DNA of 63,989 nucleotides, filler included, from Octopus bimaculoides (GCF_001194135.2; 11 parts of 10 records of this genome joined end to end with filler, not necessarily neighbours in it), one strand, 5' to 3'. Positions 12,175 through 24,955 are shown, counted from the first letter of the whole stretch. Program-made: numbers and translations. Notes: a model not told the origin generated them from the letters alone.

Positions 12175-15100
12175 TTTGTTGGAGGATTTTTAAACATCAC
12201 TCTTTATCTATATACGTTTCCACATTCTATGCTTATATACATATAACTACCCAACTGCGCAAACCCAAGTACATAAATTCGTAATCACATGGAAATACAC
12301 GTACAGTACTGTTTTTCATGGATATTAGAAATGTAAAGCAGAAAATATAGAGGGCATATATACCGTAGGTTAAGCATGGCTTTTGGACATATTTATACCA
12401 TCTACGTTGGATCTGAGGGTTTTCCGTATGTAATCAAGGTAAACAGAATCGCAACTTAATACTCTTTTACATCAAATAAGTTTCAGAAGACATATACGGC
12501 TGCAAAAACGAAAACTAAGGACGTTACCATGTCGTGAATTGTTGGCAAAAAATAGACTAAAATTGTACCAGTCTGTAAGACATGTTACTCTATTCTATAT
12601 AATCTGGAATAGAATAAGGAACAAAACAAGTAAAAACGAATTAAAGGAACATCCTAGGTTCGATTGACTAAAGAAATATTATCGGCACGTTACAATAAAA
12701 TATAATAAGCAAATTAAAACACAGACAGATATATATACTCCTTTGAGAAAATCAGTTGTCTCGTTAACCACAATCTGATATGAAAAAAGTAGAGGTTACA
12801 GAAAGTCGCTATGGGCCATTCATGAAGCGTTTGAAAATCCAATAGCAATTCGTTCAGCTTTATACTTACTAACTTTATACTTACTAACACTGATACTTTA
12901 GATTGTATACATGTGTATATGTGTGCATATATCTTTTTGTATGTATGTATTTAAGCACTTATATAATAGATGGAGAGGGAAATATGAAATAATCCAGAGT
13001 TTTATTTCTGTAAGAGTAAATCGTTATTATTAAAAGTATACCGTAATTGATTTCTTTTAGAATTGGACTAGTTGCAAATTAGCAAATTCTACACGCTGGA
13101 AATATGCATGAAGGAAACCAGTGACGTATCAATTCGAGAATTTTCTACAATTTACCCATTGCGTTATTTAAGTATGTTCGTCTTTTCATTGAGTTATCCG
13201 TGTATTTCACGCAAGTGACTCTTAGGAAGATTTAACCACAAAGTTAAAATATTAATTATTATTATAACTTCATTTACACTCTGTTGACAATGTACGTAAT
13301 GTCACGAACTTTAACTCTCTTGTTAATTAATATATTCGTGTACCTGTGCCTTAATTACTAGGCGGAATGTACTTATATGATGTTTATTATTACCGTTCCG
13401 CCATAAGGACATAGCTAAATATTTAACTAATCAATGAATGGACAAACATAAGATCGCACGAAATACAGGACTTAATATGAAATCTCACTCAAATCAAAAT
13501 ACATTTTCTTAAAATTGGAAGGATGTATTAGATAATGCCATTTTGGATTCTCCGTATAAGAGACGATATAGTATTGTAGGTAGAAATGCCTTCGATCACA
13601 GATAATTTCCATTTGTATCTGAAGTGACTTGGGGCTAAACAACGGAGAAACAGCAACGTAAGCAACACCAGAATACACAGATGCAGCAAGAACAGAGAAC
13701 TAATGTATGTCATGCATTGATGCAGAATTACATACTAACACCGCGAAATAAATACTAGATCATTGTTATGCGTATGGGAAATTTGATCGAATAAACGTAT
13801 GATCGCGGTGTTGCATCTGCGATCATCTTACCTTTACTAATTCATTAAAATACCTTTCGTTCTCTCAAACGATTACAAAATTTCAGAGGAACTTCTGTTG
13901 TTAGTTGTACATGAGATTACATGATTCCATTTGCTACATGGCATTGTTACATCAGTTGGCAAATTTATAATCCAAACAGTTCTGGTGAGATATATTTGCT
14001 TTCTACAGACATAAATTATTAAGGATTACATCATCCAATGTTCTTTTCATATTTTCAAGTACGGTACGTTGGAATTTAATGGAGTCGGATTGCTGTTAGT
14101 ACCTGTCTCATCGACTATGCGCAAGCTATGCCGGTTATACAACATGGAGGTTAATATTAACGCAATCAAAGACCAAATGGAAACTGTGTTACTGACAGGT
14201 ATAAATATTACACAACTGTCGCAAATTTTAATACTAGAAGGGAGATATTAGGGTTAATGTAAGCTACACGTGAACATGAAATATACAGATATGAATTTAT
14301 TGATGCAGATGTGGCTTGAGGTAGATAATAAGTAAATTGAAGTATAAGAACAGCATAGGCAATTAGGAGAAAATTACGAGTAGTCCCTGAAAACAATAAT
14401 ATTCTATAATATCAGAGTCACATATTCATGACCGACGAATTTAATAGGGTTCTGACAGTTGATAATAGAGATTCTTCATATATTGCCGCCGCTGTGATGA
14501 TGTGAATATAATCAAACAAATGATAACACACCACTCTCTCACATCAACAGCGAATATATGATGAAGAATAAAATAGTTCAGGTTTGTAAACGGAATAAGT
14601 ATCATGTTTGCTCGCATGTCTGTCGGTGTTGTGTTATGCTAGAAGCAATAACATCACTGGCCTACTTTCATTGATATCACACATTATTTCATTGTGAACT
14701 TGAAATGAATTCTAGCAGACACATGCCATCATCTTGGATGAGATATATATCAATGTTTATATAGTATAGTATTGATTTGCCCTCCATTATTTTCTTATTG
14801 CTCTACTGTTTATCTGCCGTGGTTGTATGAAATAAATAAAACAACATGAACGTACACTAGATTCTAACTATTATAGACTAAATACAGCCACGAATATAGT
14901 TGATTTATGGCAGTGGAAATAGAGATTAGGCCATTAGAGGTGTCAGTATCGTTAATTGGTACTAAACCTGTAATTGAAAGTACAACATGGGTTTAGTTTG
15001 TCAGAGGTTATCACATTATTTATGGTACTTGCTATTCGACATAAAAATACTTTGTTTCCTTGACCATTGGCACACTGCCATGCATTTATAATGTCAGCGG

Positions 15101-15975
15101 CGTACGCAATTATTTACCAAGCGTTATTATTTCATTGGCATCGGAACTGAATGTTGTATTCCGGTGCAAAGGCACTTAGGATTTAAAGTATTTTCAAGGA
15201 TTTTTCAAAATCGTTTTTTTTTCCACGCCTGTATCACTTCGTACCTTCTTATTTGAAAAGAGTAATTCTTACATATCTGTATCTCATTCAGAAATAATAA
15301 TAAAAGGCGAAGCTGTAATATAGACCTGGAGATCATCGCAAATAAATAAATAAATAAATAATAAAAAAATAACTATAAACAGTTTCTTTACAGCATTGGT
15401 TCTGTAACGGCGCCCTGCAACATGTATACAAATCTAAGACGATAAACATCAAGGCGAGCTGCATACGTTATACACGATTTAATTGGTTGAAAATGTCATA
15501 CTCGATACGTTCATAAACGAAAAATTTCAAACTATGACATACAGAAAAGCAGCAGTATTCTGCATTTTAAACTCCAATATTTTCATTTGAAATGAATAAA
15601 AGTCCTGTTTTTTCTTTTAAATTTCAATGCAAACAGCTCTAATCTGTTTGTTTTTGTTTTATCTCCAATATATCGTGATCACTACAACTTTGAAATCGCC
15701 GCTTTTCTTTTCTTACAATAATTATCGTTTGACATTTACTGCTACTTAATCTTCGAATCTTAGTGCATGCAGTCAAATGTTTATAACAAGGTTTGTTTTG
15801 TGTTACTTAACTGAAAGCCAACACTGAATGAAATATGGCGTTGATATCAAGCCTTAGAATTACGGTGAACAGCATTGCATAAAATGTCGATCAGAAAATT
15901 GAAATTTCATTCATCAGTACTGCCATTGGCAACAATAACAACAAACAATGTAACGCTTTCAAACAGGTATGAAAT

Positions 15976-16026
<51 letters not shown>

Positions 16027-16232
16027 GTGTATCTTTTGCAATTTTCTTCCTCCGTCTTCCTTTCCTTTGGACTTGCCTCTATTTCGGAAGAAGAGCTTTG
16101 CTCGAAATGTAAAATCCTCTTTCCTTCCTTTCCTGAGCGTCTGATAATACAGTACATGTACCACATCCTCGCGTTATTGTTTTATAGTGTTTGTTCTTCT
16201 TTGTTTGGATTCACTTCTATATATTTACACAT

Positions 16233-16625
16233 ATATTGTACGGGTCTGAGATTTGGACATTGACCCAGAAAGTCACTCAAATGGTGGATGGGTGCTACAC
16301 GAGAATGCTGACGAGGTCTCTGAACATTGAGCAGTGTACATTGAGGATGAAGAACTCAGAGTTGTACGAGAACCTCCCAATAGTTAGCTCGAAAATAACA
16401 CAGAGGAAACTGAAGTTAGCTGGACATGCTCACTTTCATTCATATTTGATTCTGATCTCGCTGCTCCTATGGGATCCACTACATGGACGCGCTAGGAGAG
16501 TGTAACCGAAGATAACGTATGTTGATGTCTTAAGGACAGACACTGATCTATGGGCGGCACAGAATATGAAAAAGACGAAAAGGGACACAGACTACTGGAC
16601 AGAACTCGTCCATGGATCTTGGGAA
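16233..16625 (+). mobile_element. RTE-clade LINE 3' fragment (post-RT region)
   Basis: ILYGSEIWTLT...DGCYTRML...ELYENLPIVSSKITQRKLKLAGH...LLLWDPLHGRARRV*PKITYVDVLRTDT; the LYGxExWT...LAGH motif order is typical of RTE. Confidence 0.85.
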
Positions 16626-17048
16626 TTTTAACCGCCCTTTATGTATAAATATATATAAGTCCAAGGTCTTATTCCTTATCTGGCGAAAAACATATTCAAA
16701 AAGATAGACTCATATCTGAACGTATCTTCATCGAAGACGACATTAACCATACCAGCATAGTCAGGGAACATCTAAATGGAGGTGTATGAGAGTAGTTATG
16801 ATACACGCGAATGGATTTCAGACATAATTTAAGTTAAACTATAAAAGGTAATTAAAAAATAATTGATCGAAAATTCAAAAAGTAATTCCCAAACCAACTG
16901 CAATACCTTAAACTGATGTGCATTATGTGTATCTCATTATGTAGATTCGTGTTTACATATTAAGAGAGACACAGGGGAAATAAGTTAAATAATCTGTATA
17001 TATATACATACATGTATGTGTGTATGGATATATGTATAAGCATGCTTA

Positions 17049-17086
<38 letters not shown>

Positions 17087-17424
17087 TACATACATACATA
17101 CATACATACATACGTATACATATACAAATATGAAAATGCACAATGCTCCATTGAGTTCTGTAAATTATCTGTAGAAAGAGGAGTAGAATTCTATACACCT
17201 AGGTGAATGTGTATACTTCAACAATCGATACGTTTCATGAAATAGAAGAAACACTTCAAAACATTGTGGGCACGTGACTGAAATCGAAAATTAATGATAA
17301 AACAAATAGAATAATATACTATGTATTACACTTGCATTGTTCTAAGTTGTAAACTGGGAAGTAATGTGAATATATTTGCAGAACTTAAGGGAATCTTACA
17401 ACCCTCCACGCATACACATATATC

Positions 17425-17550
17425 TACAGACTACGGTGAATAAATTGTCGTCTAAATTACGCCAAACTGAATATAAAACTGACATCTTATTTTATCAAAA
17501 TTATATAAAAATATCTTGAAACACTAAAAAGTAAATTTATTCAATAAATT
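17425..17550 (-). mobile_element. 3' terminus of the same maT-like family
   Basis: tacag...cggtgaataaattgtcgtctaaa...tataaaaatatcttgaaa is the reverse complement of 38575-38680 and starts at a TA. Confidence 0.7.
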
Positions 17551-18120
17551 TGTACATGCTTTGAGGATACAGCACGACAAGTGACCGAGCGACAAATAGT
17601 GTGTTATGAACGCGACACAAATAAAGTTATGAAGGATGCTATTGAAGATTATGGATTATCGAAAGGGATGGTACATTGACATTAACCTATGTTCTCTGAA
17701 TTCTTTATAGATTTAGTCATCCACAATCGAACGAAAGCAATTTGAAACATATCTTTGGATGATGTCTTGAACAGTTTTGTCATGAATATGTATTTCTTGG
17801 TTCAAAATATCCTAGCAATAAAATGTTTTGATACACCTTAATCGTACTACTCTTGTGATTTTCAGAAGATAGCCTAAATTTGTAGAAGTAACCAAAATCT
17901 TCGTATTTTCTTAAAATTTACGCACGCAATGCACTACGCAAGACGCATATGTCTGAGCGTATAGCATTATAATAAACTTGTTTACGTAGGTAGGAGATTA
18001 ATTTAAAGACAGAAAATCTAATAATATAATAAAACCCAAGATTATTTTCTGTTTCCTGCTTGTCTACATAATGACATTTAAAATTGGCATATTTTCGAAA
18101 ACATATACGTATATAATCAC

Positions 18121-18155
<35 letters not shown>

Positions 18156-18589
18156 CATATACATATATATATGTAAATATATATACATGTTTCTATATAT
18201 ATACACGTGTATCTATATACATATATATACATGTATATATGTATATATNNNNNNNNNNNNNNNNNNNNNNNNNNNNNNNNNNNNNNNNNNNNTTAATTAA
18301 TTAANNNNNNNNNNNNNNNNNNNNNNNNNNNNNNNNNNNNNNNNNNNNCAAATAGTGAGCTTCGATAGAACGTATAACTACGTAATTCTGACTTAACAAA
18401 CTTAAAACGTTAAACACACACACACATGTATATGTGTGTGGGTGTGTGATTGTGTGTATTTGCATATATGTATGTATACATGTGTGAGCATCCTGAACAT
18501 GTAAAAATATAATTGCTTATACACACAATCACCCATACGAACCAGCTTTGCACTAGATATTATGACACTTCTATTTTATTTCTTTGACT

Positions 18590-18659
<70 letters not shown>

Positions 18660-18660
18660 G

Positions 18661-18724
<64 letters not shown>

Positions 18725-18760
18725 TGATGATGATGATAATGATAATAATAATAATAATAA
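18590..18760. repeat. Compound (CTA)n(ATA)n(ATG)n microsatellite
   Basis: Read directly. Confidence 0.95.
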
Positions 18761-18761
18761 T

Positions 18762-18900
18762 CCTTTCTACTGAAGGTGAAAGGTCTGAAATTAGTGGTGA
18801 AGGGACTAGTCATTTGCACGGACCTCTGTGTTTCACTCGTACTTATTGTTCGATCCCGAAATGATGAAAAGCGAAGTCGACGTCCGTGGTATTTGTACTC
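18762..18900 (-). mobile_element. SINE family A, 3' half
   Basis: tcctttctact...cgatcccgaaatgatgaaaagcgaagtcgac; the tail runs into an (ATT)n-type microsatellite. Confidence 0.7.
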
Positions 18901-18943
<43 letters not shown>

Positions 18944-19111
18944 CAACGATAGCAACGTAATCTTGTATTAATTTTTGAATGTAACATCCTTCAACAAATT
19001 AAACTCATCTCTCCCCACCTCTCCCCTCTCTCTCTCTTTCTGTCTCTCTCTTCTCTCTCTCTCTCTCTCTCNNNNNNNNNNCCTCTCCCCTCTCTCTCTC
19101 TTTCTGTCTCT

Positions 19112-19171
<60 letters not shown>

Positions 19172-19321
19172 TCAATCTCACTTTATTCGATAGTGTAAGT
19201 ATGCAAGAACCCATGCTTATATAATTCAAAAATGCATACATAGACACATATACACATACACACATACATATATGCGTTTTTTACTCTCTCTCTCTCTCTG
19301 TATGCGTCTATGTTTATAGTT

Positions 19322-19630
19322 ACCTTTTATCTTTTATCTTTTACTTGTGGCAGTCATTAGACTGCGGCGAGGTTGGGACACCTCTTTGAAGAAATTCGAA
19401 GGAATCGACCTGACTATTTTTTTTTTATTATTTTTAAGCCTGGTAGTTATTCAACCGATATTCCATGCTGAAACGCTAAATTACTGGGATGTAAATATAC
19501 CAACACCAAATGTCAAGCAGTGGTGGGGGACTTGCACAGACACAAAATAAACACACGCAGATATGTGTGTGTATGTATGTGTGTGTATGGCATGTATGTA
19601 TGATTATATATGTACATATACGTACATACA

Positions 19631-19666
<36 letters not shown>

Positions 19667-20300
19667 TATATATANNNNNNNNNNNNNNNNNNNNNNNNNN
19701 NNNNNNNNNNNNNNNNNNNNNNNNNNNNNNNNNNNNNNNNNNNNNNNNNNNNNNNNNNNNNNNNNNNNNNNNNNNNNNNNNNNNNNNNNNNNNNNNNNNN
19801 NNNNNNNNNNNNNNNNNNNNNNNNNNNNNNNNNNNNNNNNNNNNNNNNNNNNNNNNNNNNNNNNNNNNNNNNNNNNNNNNNNNNNNNNNNNNNNNNNNNN
19901 NNNNNNNNNNNNNNNNNNNNNNNNNNNNNNNNNNNNNNNNNNNNNNNNNNNNNNNNNNNNNNNNNNNNNNNNNNNNNNNNNNNNNNNNNNNNNNNNNNNN
20001 NNNNNNNNNNNNNNNNNNNNNNNNNNNNNNNNNNNNNNNNNNNNNNNNNNNNNNNNNNNNNNNNNNNNNNNNNNNNNNNNNNNNNNNNNNNNNNNNNNNN
20101 NNNNNNNNNNNTATATATATATGTATGTATGTATGTATATATATATATGTGTGTATGTGTGTGTGGCGTGTCTGTTTCACTTTTCGCCTACCAAATCCAC
20201 TCGCAAGTCTTTGGACAGCCTGAGGCCCAAGGTTACAAGAAGTGGGACTGAATCTGGAATTATGTAGTGGGAAAGAAAGCTTCTTACCACAAAGCCAGGC
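19322..20300 (-). mobile_element. SINE family B spanning an expanded internal microsatellite and assembly gap
   Basis: 3' half at 19322-19560 and head at 20175-20300 (gcttcttaccacaaagcc) are collinear on either side of the TA/TACA repeat and N run. Confidence 0.7.
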
Positions 20301-20960
20301 TAAGTTGTATACATCTTTAGTAACGTCGCAAAATGCATATGCAAAAATGCTCAAGTGGGACGGCATATCATGTTTGAAACGATGGTTTTGCAAATAAATA
20401 TTCGACGACCTTGCAACTTAATATTTTATGGAGGTGCTTCTTATTAAAACTACATACATTCATGCATACATCCAAAAATATGCACATGCATACATATATA
20501 GATGTATTGCCCTGCCACGGGACCTTATCTTCTCAATGCTTTCTTAGGGTTACCATGTTGACATAATGGCTCGTACGTATTTTTTCTCTGACAGGGCCAG
20601 TGTCCCTTTTAATTCTGACAACAAACAGTTCCCTCCGGATGAAGAGAAAGAGAGAAGAAATTAATGAAAGAGGTGAATAAATCCTAGTGCAGGGTTGCTC
20701 CCATATTTTTCGCCTCTGAAAGATGAAAGGCAAAAGTCAACCTCTGTGCGGTGGGAGCCAGAATCATTTACAACAGATATATTTGTATGTATGGACGAAC
20801 ACACAAACAAATGTATCTAACGCTTTAGCAGCCCTGACATTATACTTTCTCTCTCGCTCTTTGTCTCTCTCTCACACATACACACACACATACACGCGCG
20901 CACGCACGCACACTCACAAAGCAAAATATACGTGTGTATGTGTGTGTGTATATATGTAAG

Positions 20961-20993
<33 letters not shown>

Positions 20994-21773
20994 ATCTGTA
21001 TGTGTTTGTGTATATAAATATATATATATATATATATATANNNNNNNNNNNNNNNNNNNNNNNNNNNNNNNNNNNNNNNNNNNNNNNNNNNNNNNNNNNN
21101 NNNNNNNNNNNNNNNNNNNNNNNNNNNNNNNNNNNNNNNNNNNNNNNNNNNNNNNNNNNNNNNNNNNNNNNNNNNNNNNNNNNNNNNNNNNNNNNNNNNN
21201 NNNNNNNNNNNNNNNNNNNNNNNNNNNNNNNNNNNNNNNNNNNGTATGTATGTACACAGTTGAAATTTGCACAACAACAAATGACGAAGACAGGCGTATA
21301 AACAACAAGCAGATGTATTAGTTTTACGCTCTGGAAGGTGAGAAATTCTTTTGCGTTTCGAGCCCACGCTCATGTGTGTGTGTGTATGTGTGTGTGTTTG
21401 CTTTCGTGTGTGTTTGCGTTGACAGAGAGAGAGAGAGAGAGAGAGGGGGGGCAGAGTGAGAGAGAGAGGGACTGAGTGAGAGAGAGTGAGTTACAAACCG
21501 ACAAAGACAGTGAGAGAGACAGACAGAGCTAGACAGACAGAGAGAGAAACAAAGAGAGAGAAAGGGAGACAGAGAGAGACCGAGAAAGAGACTGAAAGAG
21601 AGATGGAAATAATTTGTATCCTTCCAATTCCAAGTAGCCAAACATTCACGACGTGGCAACCAGATGAATACAGAGTTGCTCCTGGTATGGATCAGTATTA
21701 AGTTTATGGGCATTGACATCATGAAACATGAAGTTGACTTCGGCAGGACATGAACTGATATCTCAAGCAGTAG

Positions 21774-22160
21774 GATGTAATATTGCGGCACTTTCTATCC
21801 GATTCTGTAAAGGCTTTGCCAATCAAGATTTTCCTGGGAATAAAAGGGTGGATTATCAGTTTTCATAGATTTATGTTCAGTTGTGTTATTTTGGAGTATT
21901 GCATTAGTTGTATTACATAGAAAAGCGAAAGCAACATATCTTCCATGCCGGCAGTATGAGGGACAGTAGGAGGCAGGATGTAATATTGCGGCACTCTTTA
22001 TCCGACACTCTAAACGCTTTGGCAATCGATATTATCTTGAGAAAAAAAACAAGATGAATTGTCAATGTTCATAGATTTACTTTTAGTTGTGTCATTTCTG
22101 AGTATTGCATCTGTTGCATATCTTTCATCGTCCATGCCCGTAGTATGAGGGTCTTAGTGT
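21774..22160. repeat. Diverged ~200-bp tandem duplication
   Basis: ggatgtaatattgcggcact occurs at 21774 and 21976; downstream blocks (ttcatagattta, agttgtgt, gagtattgcat, ccatgcc.g.agtatgaggg) are collinear. Confidence 0.85.
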
Positions 22161-22450
22161 TGTCAGGTTGATAGTCAACTTTTGTTTTAGCTCTGGTTGG
22201 TATGTCTCATTTCGAACCTGATGGAGGAGACATATGATTAGGCCTATGTCAGCTATAACGACCTTTCAATTTGGGGTATGGTAGAACATTTCATGAGTTA
22301 TCTTTCCCACCATCTTTTAAATATAGTTATGCATGACATCAGATAGATTTGGCTGTTACATTTAGCTGCTATAATAAGCGTTTAGAGACTCCACATTCTC
22401 ACTATTAATGTTCTTGTTGTTCTGGAAATTCATAAACATCACTGGCTTTC
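21996..22450 (-). mobile_element. Possible highly decayed Penelope GIY-YIG/C-terminal fragment
   Basis: Scattered frame pieces IIAAKCNSQI, DIGL, NHMS..IRFE, YQPEL, KICNRCNTQK and AILRNDTTKS loosely follow the Penelope order (IISxHN..YIG..NHxSSFR..TELSK..CNLCxTEK..IL). Many frameshifts are required. Confidence 0.3.
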
Positions 22451-22704
22451 AACTATTTCTGATTCCCTTTGCCAAGGACAAAGGTGGGTGAGAGAAATGT
22501 AACCACATTTGCATTTATATATTTTACAAACGAGATCGCATGAGAAAGTCCACATCTTTTATTTGAGCATACCTTTCAATTTTAGAATCAAACAAAAATA
22601 AGCAAATAACTGCTTTTCTGTTTTTAATGTTTGAAGGTTTGGATTTGAATCCGTGGACATTAATATGGAAAGGCTTATTCGAAGGTCCCAATTGCCAGAG
22701 GCGT

Positions 22705-22818
22705 TTTAGTAGTAGTGTGACAATAGCAGTAGTAGCAACAGTAGCAGCATCATCATCATCAGCATCAGTCGCAGCAGCATCAGTAGCAGCAGCATCAGTA
22801 GCAGCAGCAGCAGTAGTG

Positions 22819-22859
<41 letters not shown>

Positions 22860-22900
22860 TGTTGTAGTTGTTGTTGTAGTGGTAGTAGTAGTTGTAGTAG
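22705..22900. repeat. (GCA)/(GTA)/(GTT) compound microsatellite
   Basis: Read directly. Confidence 0.9.
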
Positions 22901-23594
22901 TGAACTTACGCACTAGCAGTGATAAAGCATATGACAAAATATAGAAACCATAGTAAAACCAAAAACCTCACACTGTTTTCAAAATATAGCACTTTTAGTT
23001 ATAGACAACATCCTACAAAAGACACGTTTTACTTCAATAGCAGAATTCAAGCGCTCTTTGCATACAACACGTACCCTATACAATAAATATCCCACCCAAT
23101 ACAATAAGTCAGCATATGCTCTTCACAATCAAGACAATAAAATATTACAACCCACACCTTGCATAACCGATTCCCGACACTATAACACCAACAACTAAAA
23201 AAACTCGTATTTTATATAGCTGATATAAGACAGTTAGCACGTACTTCATACATATGTCGTCCAGGACAGAAATACATAACATCAACAATGCTACACATTC
23301 GAAAAAAACACCACGCAACAAAATAACTCAGTTCACATTCGACATATTCCATTTGACAGAAGGGTTTATAAAATAATACATGAAACAATGAAACCGTTCC
23401 TATATCAAAGAAAATCATTGATACAATATAGTAACAAAATACTATATTCTCAAAAGACAATTTATGCACACAGGCAGAATGACGCGGATCTGCATCTGGT
23501 GTTACTGTAGAAATTGTATAAAACTTGAAAATATCCCGATGGTGAAAATGAAAGTGAAGATAATAATAATACTGGTAATAAAATAATAGATGTG

Positions 23595-24000
23595 TTATCA
23601 TGTACGTTGTTTTGTCTTGGTATAAACGATGGGCTACAGCAAATATTCTGCTTAATACCACAGATTTGCCTGTCAGTTCTTTGACCTTAACCAGTTGAGC
23701 ATGTCCCTTGGTGGCTGACGATATGTGCATCTCTGATCCTCAGCAGAAGTAGTTGGGGAGCATCATAACCATGTGTTGAGAGGAATTGTTTGGGGTCTGA
23801 ATAATTCACATTTGGAAACATGGGTGTTTTGCTCAACATCCTTAAGCAAAGCTTGTTCCTGGACCTTTTGAGCGTGATGGGCTACTCGACCTGAAGAAAA
23901 TTCGAACTGAGCCTCACCTGCGATTTCATGCGCTGTTAATCTTGATATGAGATCACCATGTCACGCACATATGGTTGTGATGCATGTACCTGGTGTACCC
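23595..24000 (-). repeat. Unclassified interspersed repeat
   Basis: GC-richer block that I recall as a recurrent octopus repeat. It is single-copy in this window, so repetitiveness cannot be shown here. Confidence 0.35.
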
Positions 24001-24001
24001 T

Positions 24002-24058
<57 letters not shown>

Positions 24059-24214
24059 GATAATACGCAAAATANNNNNNNNNNNNNNNNNNNNNNNNNN
24101 NNNNNNNNNNNNNNNNNNTTAATTAATTAANNNNNNNNNNNNNNNNNNNNNNNNNNNNNNNNNNNNNNNNNNNNATATATGCATACATGCATATATATAT
24201 ACACATAAAATTAT

Positions 24215-24640
24215 ACTCGAGATTTCTCAAATGTAGATGTCCCCCTCATACACAAGCCTTCTCCACCTGCTACGGTCAGTAACTATGCCCTCCCATATGC
24301 CGGCAGAGATGCTAGCATCTCTTAAGGAAGCCTTCAGCAAGTCTTTAGCTAACTCTCCATAAAAATAAATTGTTTTTGCATCCTTGAGTCATTTATCCTG
24401 ACGAGATGACCACTCCATCTGAGCATTTGCATCAATACAAGAGCTTCTATACTTCCACAACGAGAGCTTTCCAATACCTCAAGATCGCTGATGTGGTCCT
24501 CCCACTTAATGCCACAGATCTGTACAAGACACATCTGATGGAAACGATCCAGTTGTTTAAGGTGGTATCGATATCTAATATCAGGTGCTTTGCTGCAAAA
24601 ACAAAGGTCTTTAACTCTACCAAAACAGACAATTTGTAGG
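24215..24640 (-). mobile_element. RTE (BovB-like) LINE, 3' segment
   Basis: TKLSV...YRYHLKQLDRFHQMCLVQICGIKWEDHISDLEVLESSRCGSIEALVLMQMLRWSGHLVRINDSRMQKQ...GELAK, then LKASLRDASISAGIWEGIVTDRSRWRRLVYEG. Confidence 0.9.
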
Positions 24641-24955
24641 TAGATCATTGTAATCTAGTAGCACTCACAGATTGATATGCAACACATTTTCAATTCATTC
24701 TCTGATGCTGACTTTGCCTTAGGATTGACAGTCAGGCTCAAGGAAACTACTGTCATGTACCAAGCTGTCCCAGATAAGCAGTGTAGTGAAACAAATATCT
24801 ATGTGTATGGGAAACAACTTGGTGTAGTTGATCAGTTTTCTACCAAGATCTGTTAATAGATATAGCAAATTGGATAATGAAATTCGATACACATTTAGAA
24901 AACAAGTGGTGCTTCGGAAGGCTAGAAAGGCGGTACTGAAGTCAAACTAATACAC
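24641..24955 (+). mobile_element. RTE (BovB-like) LINE, upstream RT segment in inverted orientation
   Basis: DHCNLVA..DMQHIFNSFSDA..GLTVRLKETTVMYQAVPDKQCSETNIYVYGKQLGVVDQF...LDNEIR...FGRLERR; this is RT motifs 5-7, immediately upstream in the protein of the minus-strand segment. Confidence 0.85.

Noticed and set aside
12329-12438. Possible plus-strand exon ending AAG|GTAAAC
   Set aside because: Frames from the better acceptor hit stops, and the alternative acceptor lacks a pyrimidine tract.
13472-13713. Two overlapping minus-strand ORFs that look protein-like
   Set aside because: No family recognised and no convincing donor; 60-70 aa ORFs are expected by chance.
23212-23730. 172-aa minus-strand ORF
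   Set aside because: No recognisable domain; it begins inside a probable interspersed repeat and crosses an (AAT)-like tract, so it is likely a chance ORF.
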